Positions 35,549 to 46,626 of a stretch of DNA of 64,000 nucleotides are shown one piece after another. The stretch lies in contig CAVEBU010000002.1 of the NCBI GenBank assembly GCA_963614045.1, forward strand, positions 676 through 64,675, given 5' to 3'. This stretch comes from Alistipes finegoldii. Lineage in GTDB: Bacteria > Bacillota > Clostridia > Christensenellales > UBA1242. The notes under the pieces were generated by a model. The model saw only the letters and a list, made by a program, of their open reading frames with translations. It was not told where the DNA came from and searched no databases. Position 1 is the stretch's first letter, and every line of letters begins with the position of its first letter. The position numbers and the translations under genes are program-made.

Positions 35549-37384
35549 ATGGAACAAAGCAAAATTAGAAATATTGCCATAATTGCGCACGTTGACCATG
35601 GTAAAACAAGCCTTGTCAACGAGTTGTTGAAGCAGGGTGGTGTGTTTAGGAGCAATCAAGAGGTCGGCGACAGGGTTATGGATTCAAACGACCTTGAGCG
35701 TGAACGTGGAATTACTATCCTAGCCAAAAATGCGGCAATTCACTACAAGGACTACAAAATTAACGTGATTGATACGCCAGGCCACGCAGATTTCGGTGGC
35801 GAAGTTGAGCGTGTTCTCAAAATGGTGGATGGTGTTTTGTTGGTCGTTGATGCCTTTGAGGGTACTATGCCACAGACCCGTTTTGTGCTAGAAAAGGCGC
35901 TTGCGCTTAATCTAAAAGTGATTGTGGTTATCAACAAAATTGACCGCCCTGACGCACGAATTCCTGAAGTTGAGGACGAAGTTTTGGAGTTGCTGTTTGA
36001 CTTAAATGCGAACGAAGACCAGCTTAACAGCCCTGTAATTTACGCAAGTGCAAGGCAAGGAATTGCGAGCAACAAGCGTGACGAAAAGGGCGTAAATATG
36101 GTTCCGCTTTTTGAGGAAATTATCAACCATATTCCTAGCCCAAGCGGTGACAGTAGCGCACCTTTCCAAATGCTTGTCAGCAATACAGAGCATAACGACT
36201 TTTTGGGTAAACTTGCTGTCGGCAAAATCGAGAACGGCAAAATAAAAGTCGGGCAAATGGTGGCGATTACTAACTATTTCCACCCCGAGCAAGTGACAAA
36301 AATTCGTGTTCAGCAGTTGTTCGTTTACGACGGGATGAAAAAGGCGGAAACTCAAGAGTGTGGTGCGGGCGATATCGTTTGTATTGCGGGGCTTGGCGAC
36401 ATTAAAATCGGTGATACGGTGTGTGACGTCGACAACCCTAATGCGCTTGAGTTTGTGAAAATCAGTGAGCCAAGTGTTGAGATGACTTTTATGGTAAACG
36501 ACAGTCCCTTTGCTGGTAAAGAAGGGAAATTCGTGACGAGTCGCCACTTGCGTGACCGCTTGCAAAAAGAAATGGTCAAGGACTTGTCTTTACGTGTAGA
36601 ACCTACTGATTCAACGGACGCTTTTCGTGTTCGTGGTCGTGGCGAAATGCACTTGTCTATCCTTATTGAGAATATGCGTAGGGAAGGGTACGAGTTCCAA
36701 GTTTCTATGCCGAAAGTTTTGTTCAAAGAGGACGAAAACGGCAAGAAAATGGAGCCTATTGACCGCCTTGTCGTTGACGTTCCCGAAGATTGCGTCGGCG
36801 CAGTTATGAGCAAAATGGGTGTGCGCAAAGGTGACCTTTTGGAAATGAAACCGCAAGGAAGCAGGACAAGACTTGAGTTTTTGATTCCGAGTCGTGGGCT
36901 TTTCGGGTACAAGTCCGAATTGCTGACCGATACACGTGGTGAAGGTATTATGAGTAGCGTTCACTATGGTTACGACTACTACAAGGGCGACATTGAACGC
37001 AGAATTTGTGGCGCTTTGGTCGCACACGAGGCGGGCGAGTGTATCGGCTACGGCTTGGCAAACGCTCAGGAACGTGGTGCGCTGTTCGTTAAGCCTGGCG
37101 ATAAAGTTTACGGCGGTATGATTGTCGGCGAGAACCCTAAGGGCGAAGACTTGGTTGTAAACGTTTGTAAGCGCAAGCAGTTGAGCAATATGCGTAGCTG
37201 TTCGTCCGATGATGCGTTGCGTTTGATTCCGCCGAAAATTATGAGCCTTGAAAAAGCGATTGAGTTCCTAAACGACGACGAATTGCTGGAAGTTACGCCC
37301 GAGTCGATTCGTTTACGCAAGACGATTCTTGATCACGACAAGCGAGCTGTGGCAAGATTCAAGGCAAAAAACAGCGGGAAATAA
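35549..37384 (+). CDS. typA: translational GTPase TypA/BipA
   Basis: [28 protein letters not shown] and NKIDR G-motifs; 611 aa. Confidence 0.93.
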   Translation: MEQSKIRNIAIIAHVDHGKTSLVNELLKQGGVFRSNQEVGDRVMDSNDLERERGITILAKNAAIHYKDYKINVIDTPGHADFGGEVERVLKMVDGVLLVVDAFEGTMPQTRFVLEKALALNLKVIVVINKIDRPDARIPEVEDEVLELLFDLNANEDQLNSPVIYASARQGIASNKRDEKGVNMVPLFEEIINHIPSPSGDSSAPFQMLVSNTEHNDFLGKLAVGKIENGKIKVGQMVAITNYFHPEQVTKIRVQQLFVYDGMKKAETQECGAGDIVCIAGLGDIKIGDTVCDVDNPNALEFVKISEPSVEMTFMVNDSPFAGKEGKFVTSRHLRDRLQKEMVKDLSLRVEPTDSTDAFRVRGRGEMHLSILIENMRREGYEFQVSMPKVLFKEDENGKKMEPIDRLVVDVPEDCVGAVMSKMGVRKGDLLEMKPQGSRTRLEFLIPSRGLFGYKSELLTDTRGEGIMSSVHYGYDYYKGDIERRICGALVAHEAGECIGYGLANAQERGALFVKPGDKVYGGMIVGENPKGEDLVVNVCKRKQLSNMRSCSSDDALRLIPPKIMSLEKAIEFLNDDELLEVTPESIRLRKTILDHDKRAVARFKAKNSGK

Positions 37385-37406
37385 TTGAAAAATTTGTGTT
37401 AATAGA

Positions 37407-37440
37407 AACGGCGAGATGAATTTTCTCTCCGTTTTTGTTT
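37407..37440 (+). terminator. intrinsic terminator after typA
   Basis: ACGGCGAGA / TCTCTCCGT stem (one mismatch) followed by TTTTT. Confidence 0.55.
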
Positions 37441-37538
37441 TATAAACTTTTTGAGAGATTTAGTCAAAAATTAATTAAAAATTGTTGTGTTTTTGCGTTT
37501 AATGTGGTATTATAATACTATCTTTTAAGGAGGAATTT

Positions 37539-38153
37539 ATGAACAAAACTAAAAGAAAATTACAATTAACCGCCGCCATAATTAACATTGTGTTGGGCGT
37601 AGTTAGTATTATTGCCTGCATTATTTTGTTAACAAGCATTGGCACATTTATTGATAGACTTTGTGCTAACGACCCGCAACTTGCCGATTTTATTAAGGAA
37701 ATCGGTGAGGGTGTGATTTATGGTGCAGTTATCATAGCGATGTTGTTTAGCATTGTTATAATTATTTGCGCTGGTTTTATGTGCCCTAATCCTGACAAGA
37801 AAAATACGCAATACAAGGGCTTGACAATCACGCTTTTGGTGTTCGACATCTTGCTGTTGCTGTCTAGTTTCGCAAATTGCTCCGACGCAGCGGGAATTAT
37901 TGACGTGATTCTTTGCTTGATTAACGTCGGCTTGCTGATTGCTTCTTTGTGCATTAAAGACACAACAAAGGGTGAAACTATTTGCGTTAACCAAAATGGC
38001 GAAACTACGAAATATTCTACTTCGCAATCGAACGAACAACAAGCGCACGCAACGGGTAATGACAACATTGACTCAATTCGTAAACTGCACGAAGACGGCG
38101 TAATTTCTGAAGAAGAAATGAAGACGCTGATTAAGAAAGAATTGGACAAATAA
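37539..38153 (+). CDS. multi-pass membrane protein with C-terminal SHOCT-like motif
   Basis: Four hydrophobic helices; the C-terminus IDSIRKLHEDGVISEEEMKTLIKKEL resembles a SHOCT domain. Confidence 0.55.
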   Translation: MNKTKRKLQLTAAIINIVLGVVSIIACIILLTSIGTFIDRLCANDPQLADFIKEIGEGVIYGAVIIAMLFSIVIIICAGFMCPNPDKKNTQYKGLTITLLVFDILLLLSSFANCSDAAGIIDVILCLINVGLLIASLCIKDTTKGETICVNQNGETTKYSTSQSNEQQAHATGNDNIDSIRKLHEDGVISEEEMKTLIKKELDK

Positions 38154-38203
38154 GCGCCAATTTAAGACGAATAAGTCATAATTTGTGGTTTTGAACCAAA
38201 GAG

Positions 38204-38229
38204 AAAAGGGTAACTGCCCTTTTCTTTTA
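38204..38229 (+). terminator. intrinsic terminator
   Basis: AAAAGGG-TAACTG-CCCTTTT followed by CTTTT. Confidence 0.6.
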
Positions 38230-38295
38230 CTATATTTGCGCATTGGAAAACGAAAACTCCCTAGCGATTTGCTAGAGAGCTTTCCACCAAAAATT

Positions 38296-38371
38296 TGGTG
38301 ACCCGTCCGCGACTCGAACGCGGGACAACTTGATTAAAAGTCAAGTGCTCTACCTACTGAGCTAACGGGCC
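38296..38371 (-). tRNA. tRNA-Lys (anticodon TTT)
   Basis: The reverse complement GGCCCGTTAGCTCAGTAGGTAGAGCACTTGACTTTTAATCAAGT...GACGGGTCACCA folds as a cloverleaf. Confidence 0.9.
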
Positions 38372-38374
38372 ATA

Positions 38375-38449
38375 TGGCAGGGGTGGCAGGATTTGAACCT
38401 ACGGGTGCTAGAGTCAAAGTCTAGTGCCTTACCGCTTGGCTACACCCCT
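38375..38449 (-). tRNA. tRNA-Gln (anticodon TTG)
   Basis: Reverse complement AGGGGTGTAGCCAAGCGGTAAGGCACTAGACTTTGACTCTAG...CACCCCTGCCA. Confidence 0.85.
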
Positions 38450-38494
38450 ATAATACGGGTCTTATACAAGCTGGTGCTTGATGCCCAAAAGATG

Positions 38495-38569
38495 TGGCAG
38501 GGGCAGAAGGATTTGAACCCACGAATGCTTGAGTCAGAGTCAAGTGCCTTACCGCTTGGCGATGCCCCT
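38495..38569 (-). tRNA. tRNA-Gln (anticodon CTG)
   Basis: Reverse complement AGGGGCATCGCCAAGCGGTAAGGCACTTGACTCTGACTCAAG...GCCCCTGCCA. Confidence 0.85.
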
Positions 38570-38643
38570 ACGATGTAGTTTACTTTTGGTAAACTAGATA
38601 CTCAAGGAACTTGTTCTCATAAAAGACAGCTTAAATCTGTCAC

Positions 38644-38720
38644 TGGGGTGAATAGTGGGGTTCGAACCCACGACCTCCAGAGCCACAATCTGGCGCTCTC
38701 CCAGCTGCGCTATATCCACC
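38644..38720 (-). tRNA. tRNA-His (anticodon GTG) with encoded G-1
   Basis: Reverse complement GGTGGATATAGCGCAGCTGGGAGAGCGCCAGATTGTGGCTCTGG...TATTCACCCCA, with an extra 5' G opposite the discriminator C. Confidence 0.85.
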
Positions 38721-38797
38721 ATAATTGAGTGATACAAGTTAAGAAGTCCCCAAAAAGCGAACTGCATTTAGAAAACCAGAGAGTTATTCGTCTGGAA

Positions 38798-38874
38798 TGG
38801 TGCGCCCAGAGAGACTCGAACCCCCAACCTTCACCTTAGAAGGGTGTTGCTCTATCCTGTTGAGCTATGGGCGC
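38798..38874 (-). tRNA. tRNA-Arg (anticodon TCT)
   Basis: Reverse complement GCGCCCATAGCTCAACAGGATAGAGCAACACCCTTCTAAGGTGA...TGGGCGCACCA. Confidence 0.85.
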
Positions 38875-38927
38875 AAGTGTAAGCAACTCATAAATGCAAT
38901 TGCATCCTACGATTAGGATACTAGACT

Positions 38928-38956
38928 ATTCTATCACAAATCGGACAATATGTCAA
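38928..38956 (-). promoter_or_regulatory. promoter of the five-tRNA operon
   Basis: On the minus strand: TTGACA (38951-38956), 17 nt, TAGAAT (38928-38933), with TGTGA upstream of the -10. Confidence 0.6.
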
Positions 38957-39159
38957 CATTTATTTTACAAAAAGTCAAAAAATTTTTAGAAAATGTCAAC
39001 TTTTGCGTTGTTCGTTTAAGTTACAAGGTAAATATGCCGAGTTAACGCCATTTTGCCGTCGATTTTTAATGCAAATTCGCTTCGATTTGGCGGTTATATT
39101 TTAAAAATTTTGGACCTAAATTTGCGAATTTTGGGCAGTGTGGAGTTGTGCTTGTCTTT

Positions 39160-39939
39160 TTAATTTCCTAGGACGCAAAGCATATAATTCGTTTGCCGAA
39201 TCACGCTAATCAGAGTTTTGAGGCTATCTTGATAGGTGTTTTCGTTTGCGAGGTATTTCAATTGGCTTGCGACATAAAGTGACAATCTATAAATCGGGTG
39301 GAGCGGGTGATTGCTCTTTTTATTTTCGCCGTCGCTAGCGGAATTTATTTTGTGAGCTAAAATTTCCGCTCGCTGTTCCCACAAAAGAGCGAGTTCGTTA
39401 ATTCGCATTAGGGTATAGCTTTGCGAAATCTCGTTTGTGTCCAAATTGTACGATAATTCATATAAATTTTGTAGCGTTTCGTGATATTTTTGGTTAATGG
39501 TAGTTGTAATTTGAACCTCGTCGTCCGTCATATTATTAAGAGAAAAAATCGGCAGACGAAGTGCTTTTACTTGTGTTGAAATACCTTGTTCATCAAGTTG
39601 TTTTGCGACAACCAGAGCGCTTTTTTCGGTCGGGTAAACAGCCAAAACCACGCCAAAATTCGTGTCGTTTTTAATTACAACCCCCGCACCGCCCCGAGCC
39701 TTAAATTCCACCGCTTTTGCTTCCGCCGTTTCGTAAGTTTTTGCGTCAATATTTGTGTAAATTAAGTAGTAATTTTGAGTATCCGTTTTCGGCACAAAAA
39801 ACAGTGATTTTAGGGTAAAAAATATCGCAAAAAAAATTCCGCAAAAAATCGTAAAAAATAGCAAAAAAATCTTGAGTTTGCTTTTTCGCCGTTTTTTGCC
39901 GATTAAAATTACTTCGTGATATTCTTTTTTGACCCGCAT
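39160..39939 (-). CDS. membrane-anchored SPOR-like domain protein
   Basis: Basic N-terminus plus a TM helix, then YYLIYTNI...AEAKAVEFKARGGAGVVIK...FGVVLAVYPTEKSALVVAKQLDEQGI, which resembles a SPOR repeat. Confidence 0.5.
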   Translation of the reverse strand: MRVKKEYHEVILIGKKRRKSKLKIFLLFFTIFCGIFFAIFFTLKSLFFVPKTDTQNYYLIYTNIDAKTYETAEAKAVEFKARGGAGVVIKNDTNFGVVLAVYPTEKSALVVAKQLDEQGISTQVKALRLPIFSLNNMTDDEVQITTTINQKYHETLQNLYELSYNLDTNEISQSYTLMRINELALLWEQRAEILAHKINSASDGENKKSNHPLHPIYRLSLYVASQLKYLANENTYQDSLKTLISVIRQTNYMLCVLGN

Positions 39940-39995
39940 AAGATAAAATATGTAACTTTTTTATAAAATATTGCAAAAAAAGTGTCTCAAACTGA

Positions 39996-40023
39996 TTACA
40001 AATCGCAAAATGTGTGGTAAAAT
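39996..40023 (+). promoter_or_regulatory. groESL promoter
   Basis: TTACAA (39996-40001), 16 nt, TAAAAT (40018-40023), with TGTGG upstream. Confidence 0.5.
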
Positions 40024-40074
40024 ATATGCAGTTTGTATGACGAGCAAACTTTATACTTAGAATGAGGTGAGTTT

Positions 40075-40359
40075 ATGAAAATTGAACCATTATTTGACAG
40101 AATTGTCATAAAACAAATCGATAAGGAGACGACGACCGCAAGCGGAATTTTGCTACCAGAAAATTCGCAAGAGAAACCGCAAATCGCTACGGTTGTGGCT
40201 GTCGGTCCAGGTGGAATTATTGACGGAAAGGAAATTAAAATGGTAATTTCGGTTGGCGATAAAATTTTGTATCCGAAGTACGCAGGAAGTGAGTTCAAGT
40301 TTGAAAACGAAGACTACATTATTTTGCGTCAGTCGGACGTTTTGGCAAAAATCAATTAA
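40075..40359 (+). CDS. groES: co-chaperonin GroES
   Basis: MKIEPLFDRIVIKQ...TASGILLPE...GDKILYPKYAG. Confidence 0.95.
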   Translation: MKIEPLFDRIVIKQIDKETTTASGILLPENSQEKPQIATVVAVGPGGIIDGKEIKMVISVGDKILYPKYAGSEFKFENEDYIILRQSDVLAKIN

Positions 40360-40362
40360 TAA

Positions 40363-41997
<1,635 letters not shown>

Positions 41998-42042
41998 AGC
42001 GGTTGCCGTTAATCTCAAAAATGCGCTTATTTGAGTACGACA

Positions 42043-42070
42043 AAAAGCACCTTTAACAAGGTGCTTTTTT
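42043..42070 (+). terminator. intrinsic terminator after groEL
   Basis: AAAAGCACC-TTTAACAA-GGTGCTTTTTT. Confidence 0.8.
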
Positions 42071-42528
42071 AATTGAGATAAGGGGGATAGTTGCTAAAAT
42101 TTGCGGGTTTCCTGCAAATTTTAGCGGGTAAGTGGCTGTTTTGTGTGTTTTTTGTTAAAATTTAATTGGTTAATAGATTGCTTTAACTTTCTAAAAAAAT
42201 GTTTTCGTGTTTTTCATTTGCTATATTTTGTTTATTTTTAAGTTTCATTTTTGTTGTAATTAATTGTATTTATTTTTGTGTAAATATAGTACCTCCTAAA
42301 TATATATTTGTACATAAGTTAAATAAAAAAAGAGTTTTATTGTTCTAGTGTTTTGTGCGTTGTGTCACTAGATGTTAAAGCTCTTTTTTATTAATTTATA
42401 TTGGATTTTTATTAATTTAATCATATTTATTTAGTATTTTTATTTTTCTTTATTCTTAAATAGAAAAAAGCAAAAAAATATCAAAAAAAATCATATTTTT
42501 CATATTTTTTCTTAATTTTTTGTGATTT

Positions 42529-42795
42529 TTACAGTTTTTTAATGATATTTTTTGCACGTTTGATAGGAATAGGGGCAAGTTGACTTGAAAGGTTTCGCTC
42601 GATTTTTTCGACAGTGCCGACGAGTTCTGAAGCAGGGTAGCCGTACGGCACAACTACTTTGTCGCCAATTTTTAATTCTAAAATATCGGTTGTGTACCAG
42701 CCGATTTTGTTTTCGCCCAAATAGTCAAAACGGACTTTTACAAAGTCCGCAAATTCCAAATCTTTAATTTTGCCACCCGCAAGTGAATGTATCAT
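42529..42795 (-). CDS. small protein, function unknown (downstream partner of rhuM)
   Basis: ATG 42795 is preceded by GGAG (the ORF-track GTG at 42825 lacks an RBS); 88 aa; no family recognised. Confidence 0.4.
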   Translation of the reverse strand: MIHSLAGGKIKDLEFADFVKVRFDYLGENKIGWYTTDILELKIGDKVVVPYGYPASELVGTVEKIERNLSSQLAPIPIKRAKNIIKKL

Positions 42796-42879
42796 ATTTA
42801 CTCCATTTTTGGTTATTTTTGCCACAAAAAAGTGATTTTTATGTATTTTTTACGTATTTTTATATATTTTTTGTGATTT

Positions 42880-43902
42880 TTACTTATTTGTAAGTAGTTT
42901 TTCAGCTTGTTTAATACTCGCCAAAAAGTCCTTTTCAACCTGAGTCAATTCGTCTATACTCTTTTGTTTATATTTCTCATATTCCTTAAGAGCTTTTGCT
43001 CGTGCTTCAATTTGACTGATTTTTCCTGGATTTTCGAGGGTATTTCGGTGATTTATCGAGATAAATTCGTCCAATTCCTTAATCCAGTCCCGCATATACA
43101 TAGGGCGTTCTTCTATCGCTTGGATTTCGGCGATGTCAAAATAAGCGGACACAAGACGATTCAAGACGGCAAGTTCTTTCTCATTTAGGTAATTTTTTGC
43201 GACTAAAACCTCGCTTTTGGTAGGCCTTGCACCTTTGAAACAGGTCAGCCCCATAAAAGGAAGTTCCGCATTTGCTCGTGCTTCAATCAATTCGCTAGCA
43301 GTTTTGCCATGCGTTGCGTAGTGGAACTTGTTTTGCATAGCCTTGAAAAAATTTTGAGCGGTCTCGCTTTTGCCGTCGTAGTCAATGCTTGTGGCGAAAA
43401 GATCCAAAACTTGACGATACATAACTTTTTCGGATGAGCGAATGTCACGAATTCTTTCTAGCAATTCTTTGAAATAATTGCCACCGCCCGCTTGTTTGAG
43501 AAGTTCATCGTTCATTGCAAACCCCTTAACGAGATACTCTTTCAGCACCGTATTCGCCCAAATTCTAAACTGCGTACCACGAAGCGATTTAACACGATAA
43601 CCGACCGAAATAATCACATCAAGGTTGTAGAATTTCTTATTGCGGGAAACTCTCCTATTGCCTTCTTGTTGAACTTGTAAGAAATCCTTACAAGTTGAAC
43701 TTTCCTCTAGTTCGCCCTCTGCATATACGTTACCAATGTGCATGGTGATATTTTGCGGAGAAGTTTCAAAAAGCTCGGACATTTGTGCCTGCGTGAGCCA
43801 AACTGTATCGTTGTCGAATTTGACATCGATTTTAGTTTTGCCGTCCACTGTTGTGTACATAATAAATGAAGTGTTTTTTTCTACGATTTCGTCTTTTGCC
43901 AT
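42880..43902 (-). CDS. RhuM family protein
   Basis: ...IDVKFDNDTVWLTQAQMSELF..., FYNLDVIISVGYRVKS.RGTQFRIWA..VLKEY matches the conserved RhuM core as I recall it. Confidence 0.75.
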   Translation of the reverse strand: MAKDEIVEKNTSFIMYTTVDGKTKIDVKFDNDTVWLTQAQMSELFETSPQNITMHIGNVYAEGELEESSTCKDFLQVQQEGNRRVSRNKKFYNLDVIISVGYRVKSLRGTQFRIWANTVLKEYLVKGFAMNDELLKQAGGGNYFKELLERIRDIRSSEKVMYRQVLDLFATSIDYDGKSETAQNFFKAMQNKFHYATHGKTASELIEARANAELPFMGLTCFKGARPTKSEVLVAKNYLNEKELAVLNRLVSAYFDIAEIQAIEERPMYMRDWIKELDEFISINHRNTLENPGKISQIEARAKALKEYEKYKQKSIDELTQVEKDFLASIKQAEKLLTNK

Positions 43903-44111
43903 ATGTTACCTCACTAAACTTATTATTAAATAATAGCATAAATCAAGAAAAATTTCAAGCATTTACGAATTACTCTTTATATTAAAAAGTTTCTAGTGAT
44001 ACAAAAAAATCTAAAAAAATATAAAAAAATCGCAAAAAATACATAAAAAATGCAAAAAAATCAGCATTTTTGCGGTGTTTATGACGTAAAAACAAAAGAA
44101 GTAGCAAATCG

Positions 44112-44834
44112 CTACTTCTTGCTTACGTAGGTTTCAAGCACTTTTTTTGCCAAATACTTGTGACCTTCTTCAGACAAGTGAATACCGTCGTCGCAGTAGA
44201 GTTGTTTCCAATTCTTATTTTTTTGAATCAAACTTCGCAAGTCGAGGAGTTTTACATTTTCGCTTTTTGCGATTTCAATTATGCGTTCGTTAAACATAAT
44301 TTGTGCGCTCAGCAGGTTATTTACATCGTTGTCAAGATAAAACATAATGTTGTGTGCGCTCCCGAGTTTCGACACAACAGTGTCAAAGTATAATTTCGGC
44401 ACGAACGGGAGCAGGGTACACATATAAACCTCAAAGCCGTTTTCACGCAAAAAGTGTATAGCTTCACGATAGTATTTCTCAAAATTGTCAAGGTTCGTCT
44501 TTGAAGAGTGCGGAGTAGTCGGCTCTTTGCTGACTTTTGACCAATCATAGTCCGAATCGTTTCCGCCCAGATTGATTACTACAAGATTGCGCAAAGTGTC
44601 GCTCTTGTATTGCAAAACTTTCTGCACGAAACCCTTCTTGTACGCCTTTTCCAAAGTTTGACCAAAAAAGGAAATGTTGTGCGTCTGACAACCAACACTT
44701 TCGCTTATAATGTTGACAGTGCTATTGGGTGCGACTACATACTTGTCTTGAATGTCACGAACGACCCCTTTGGCGTTTGAGTCGCCCAAAATTACCAAAT
44801 TGGTTTGCTTATTCAAGGTTATTTTTTCCTCCAT
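44112..44834 (-). CDS. SGNH/GDSL hydrolase
   Basis: Start MEEKITL... at 44834. Block I LVILGDSNAKG and block V DDGIHLSEEGH are present. Confidence 0.8.
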   Translation of the reverse strand: MEEKITLNKQTNLVILGDSNAKGVVRDIQDKYVVAPNSTVNIISESVGCQTHNISFFGQTLEKAYKKGFVQKVLQYKSDTLRNLVVINLGGNDSDYDWSKVSKEPTTPHSSKTNLDNFEKYYREAIHFLRENGFEVYMCTLLPFVPKLYFDTVVSKLGSAHNIMFYLDNDVNNLLSAQIMFNERIIEIAKSENVKLLDLRSLIQKNKNWKQLYCDDGIHLSEEGHKYLAKKVLETYVSKK

Positions 44835-45660
44835 CAAACAAAATACCAATGCAATTTGGCCCGCAGTGGCAACAAATTGTGCCGTTTGCAAAGGTGTCGT
44901 AAACGTGCTTGAACCCACGTTTTGCTAAACCGCTCTTAAACATCTCCACAATTTCAGGCATATCGGACGAGTGAGTAATAAAAACATAATCAAGATTCGG
45001 GTTAGGGTAGTCCTGCAAAAGTGCGCTGATGTACTTGTCCGCAGCGGACTTCATATTGCCCATAAATTTGCGTTTCACTGTCAATTTTCCGTCTTTCATC
45101 TGAATTTGTGGCTTAATTTTGAGAATATTCGCACCCAAAAGCGCCAAAGCACTGCATCTGCCACCTTTATATAAATAGTTAAGATTTTCAAGGATGAACC
45201 CCGTCTGAATCTGCGGAACTTTCTTGTTAAGCAGTTCCACAATTTCGTTTAATTCCTTGCCCTCATCAACAAGTTGCCGTGCGTAAATCGCCAAAAGCGC
45301 AATCCCTGTTGAAAGCTGTAGGGAGTCGATTATATAAACGTTTTCAAATTCTTCCGCCGCCAATCTTGCGTTAGAGCAGGCACTACTGATTCCGCTACTT
45401 AATGAAATGTGAATTATTGCATCATAATTTTCTTTAACTTTGCCAAAAAATTCCGTATAGTCTGTCATATTAATTGCCGCAGTTTTTGGCAACTGTTTTT
45501 TCTCTGCAACGTAGTCATAAATCTTTTGCGAAACGCCCTCATAGTCCGCAATATAATCGTCGCCCAAAACTACATAAAAAGGTATAGTTTGAATGCCGTA
45601 CTCATCTAGCAAATTCTGTGGCAAATCAACAGTACTTTCCGCCGTAATTGCTATTTTCAT
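44809..45660 (-). CDS. DegV family fatty-acid-binding protein
   Basis: MKIAITAESTVDLP..., ISLSSGISSACSNA; ATG 45660 lies after GAGGT. Confidence 0.9.
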   Translation of the reverse strand: MKIAITAESTVDLPQNLLDEYGIQTIPFYVVLGDDYIADYEGVSQKIYDYVAEKKQLPKTAAINMTDYTEFFGKVKENYDAIIHISLSSGISSACSNARLAAEEFENVYIIDSLQLSTGIALLAIYARQLVDEGKELNEIVELLNKKVPQIQTGFILENLNYLYKGGRCSALALLGANILKIKPQIQMKDGKLTVKRKFMGNMKSAADKYISALLQDYPNPNLDYVFITHSSDMPEIVEMFKSGLAKRGFKHVYDTFANGTICCHCGPNCIGILFDGGKNNLE

Positions 45661-45923
45661 AATTAAATTTACCTCGCTTTTTTGTATATATACAATTTTA
45701 TTTATTTTTAATAGATTTTGCACCCTAATAAAGAAAAAATAACTCTCTTGCGCTTAGATACAACTCTCTTGAAACAAACAACAACTCTCCTGGCAAGAGA
45801 ATTGCCCATTTTTTACTAAAAAATTGTTGATTTTTTGATGATTTTATGCTATATTTAGTGTGAAGTTTGGCCAAAAAGAATTTTTTAACATTTTTTATTA
45901 ATTAAATTAAGGAGAGAATTTTT

Positions 45924-46514
45924 GTGACTGAGGACGAAATTAAACAGAATTTTTCACATAATTTATTGCGATTGCGCAAGGCGAAAAATCTCACTCAAAA
46001 CAAACTTGCTGAAGCGCTTAATTACTCGGATAAAGCGGTGTCAAAATGGGAGGTTGGAGCGGTACTTCCTGACGTGGAAACTATGGTGAATATTGCTGAT
46101 TTTTTTGATGTAAAAGTTAACGATTTAATTTATACAAAAAAGCGGAATATTGACCGTAAATTTAAACTAAAATATTTTATTATAAGTATGCTAAGCATTG
46201 TCGGTGTTTGGCTTGCTGCGGTTGTTGCTTATTTTGTGTGCTATTCTAGTGGGGTGACGGACAGAATTTGGCTAATTTTTATTGGGGCAGTGCCTGTAAG
46301 TTTTGTGCTAGCGATAATTTTTAGTGCGTTGTGGTTTAATCGTTTTGTGCTTTTTGTGGCAATTACGGGCTTCGTTTGGTCGGCTATTGGAACGATTTAC
46401 GTGCTATTAAATTCCACGCATTATTGGTTCATTTTTATAGTTGGTGTGGTTGCGGAATTGCTGGTAATTTTGGGTTGTTTTTTAAACAAACTGACTTCCA
46501 AAAAGACGCTGTAA
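45924..46514 (+). CDS. XRE-family HTH protein fused to four TM helices
   Basis: GTG start after AGGAGAG. The HTH is LRLRKAKNLTQNKLAEALNYSDKAVSKWE, and the C-terminal half is hydrophobic. Confidence 0.75.
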   Translation: MTEDEIKQNFSHNLLRLRKAKNLTQNKLAEALNYSDKAVSKWEVGAVLPDVETMVNIADFFDVKVNDLIYTKKRNIDRKFKLKYFIISMLSIVGVWLAAVVAYFVCYSSGVTDRIWLIFIGAVPVSFVLAIIFSALWFNRFVLFVAITGFVWSAIGTIYVLLNSTHYWFIFIVGVVAELLVILGCFLNKLTSKKTL

Positions 46515-46523
46515 TTAGTAAAC

Positions 46524-46570
46524 AAAAAAGGCTCTTTGGTGACATAAAAGTCACAAAAAGAGTCTTTTTT
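46524..46570. terminator. bidirectional hairpin between convergent genes
   Basis: AGGCTCTTTGGTGAC-ATAAAA-GTCACAAAAAGAGTCT (imperfect), flanked by A and T runs. Confidence 0.5.
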
Positions 46571-46626
46571 CATTAAAAAACGCATAAAAAATTGATTTTT
46601 TATGATTTTTTGCGTATTTTTTATAA

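Noticed and set aside
36002-37027. Several 130-190-aa minus-strand ORFs inside typA
   Set aside because: They lie opposite a highly conserved GTPase gene and are shadow frames with no independent support.
38393-38578. 61-aa plus-strand ORF in the ORF track
   Set aside because: It lies entirely over the two minus-strand tRNA-Gln genes, and its internal repeat simply mirrors the two tRNAs.
39940-40074. CIRCE (HrcA operator) upstream of groES
   Set aside because: No TTAGCACTC-N9-GAGTGCTAA-like inverted repeat is present.
42286-42294. ATAGTACCT, a partial match to the 11-bp TGCATAGTACC motif
   Set aside because: A single 9-mer match is within chance expectation for a 64-kb window on two strands.
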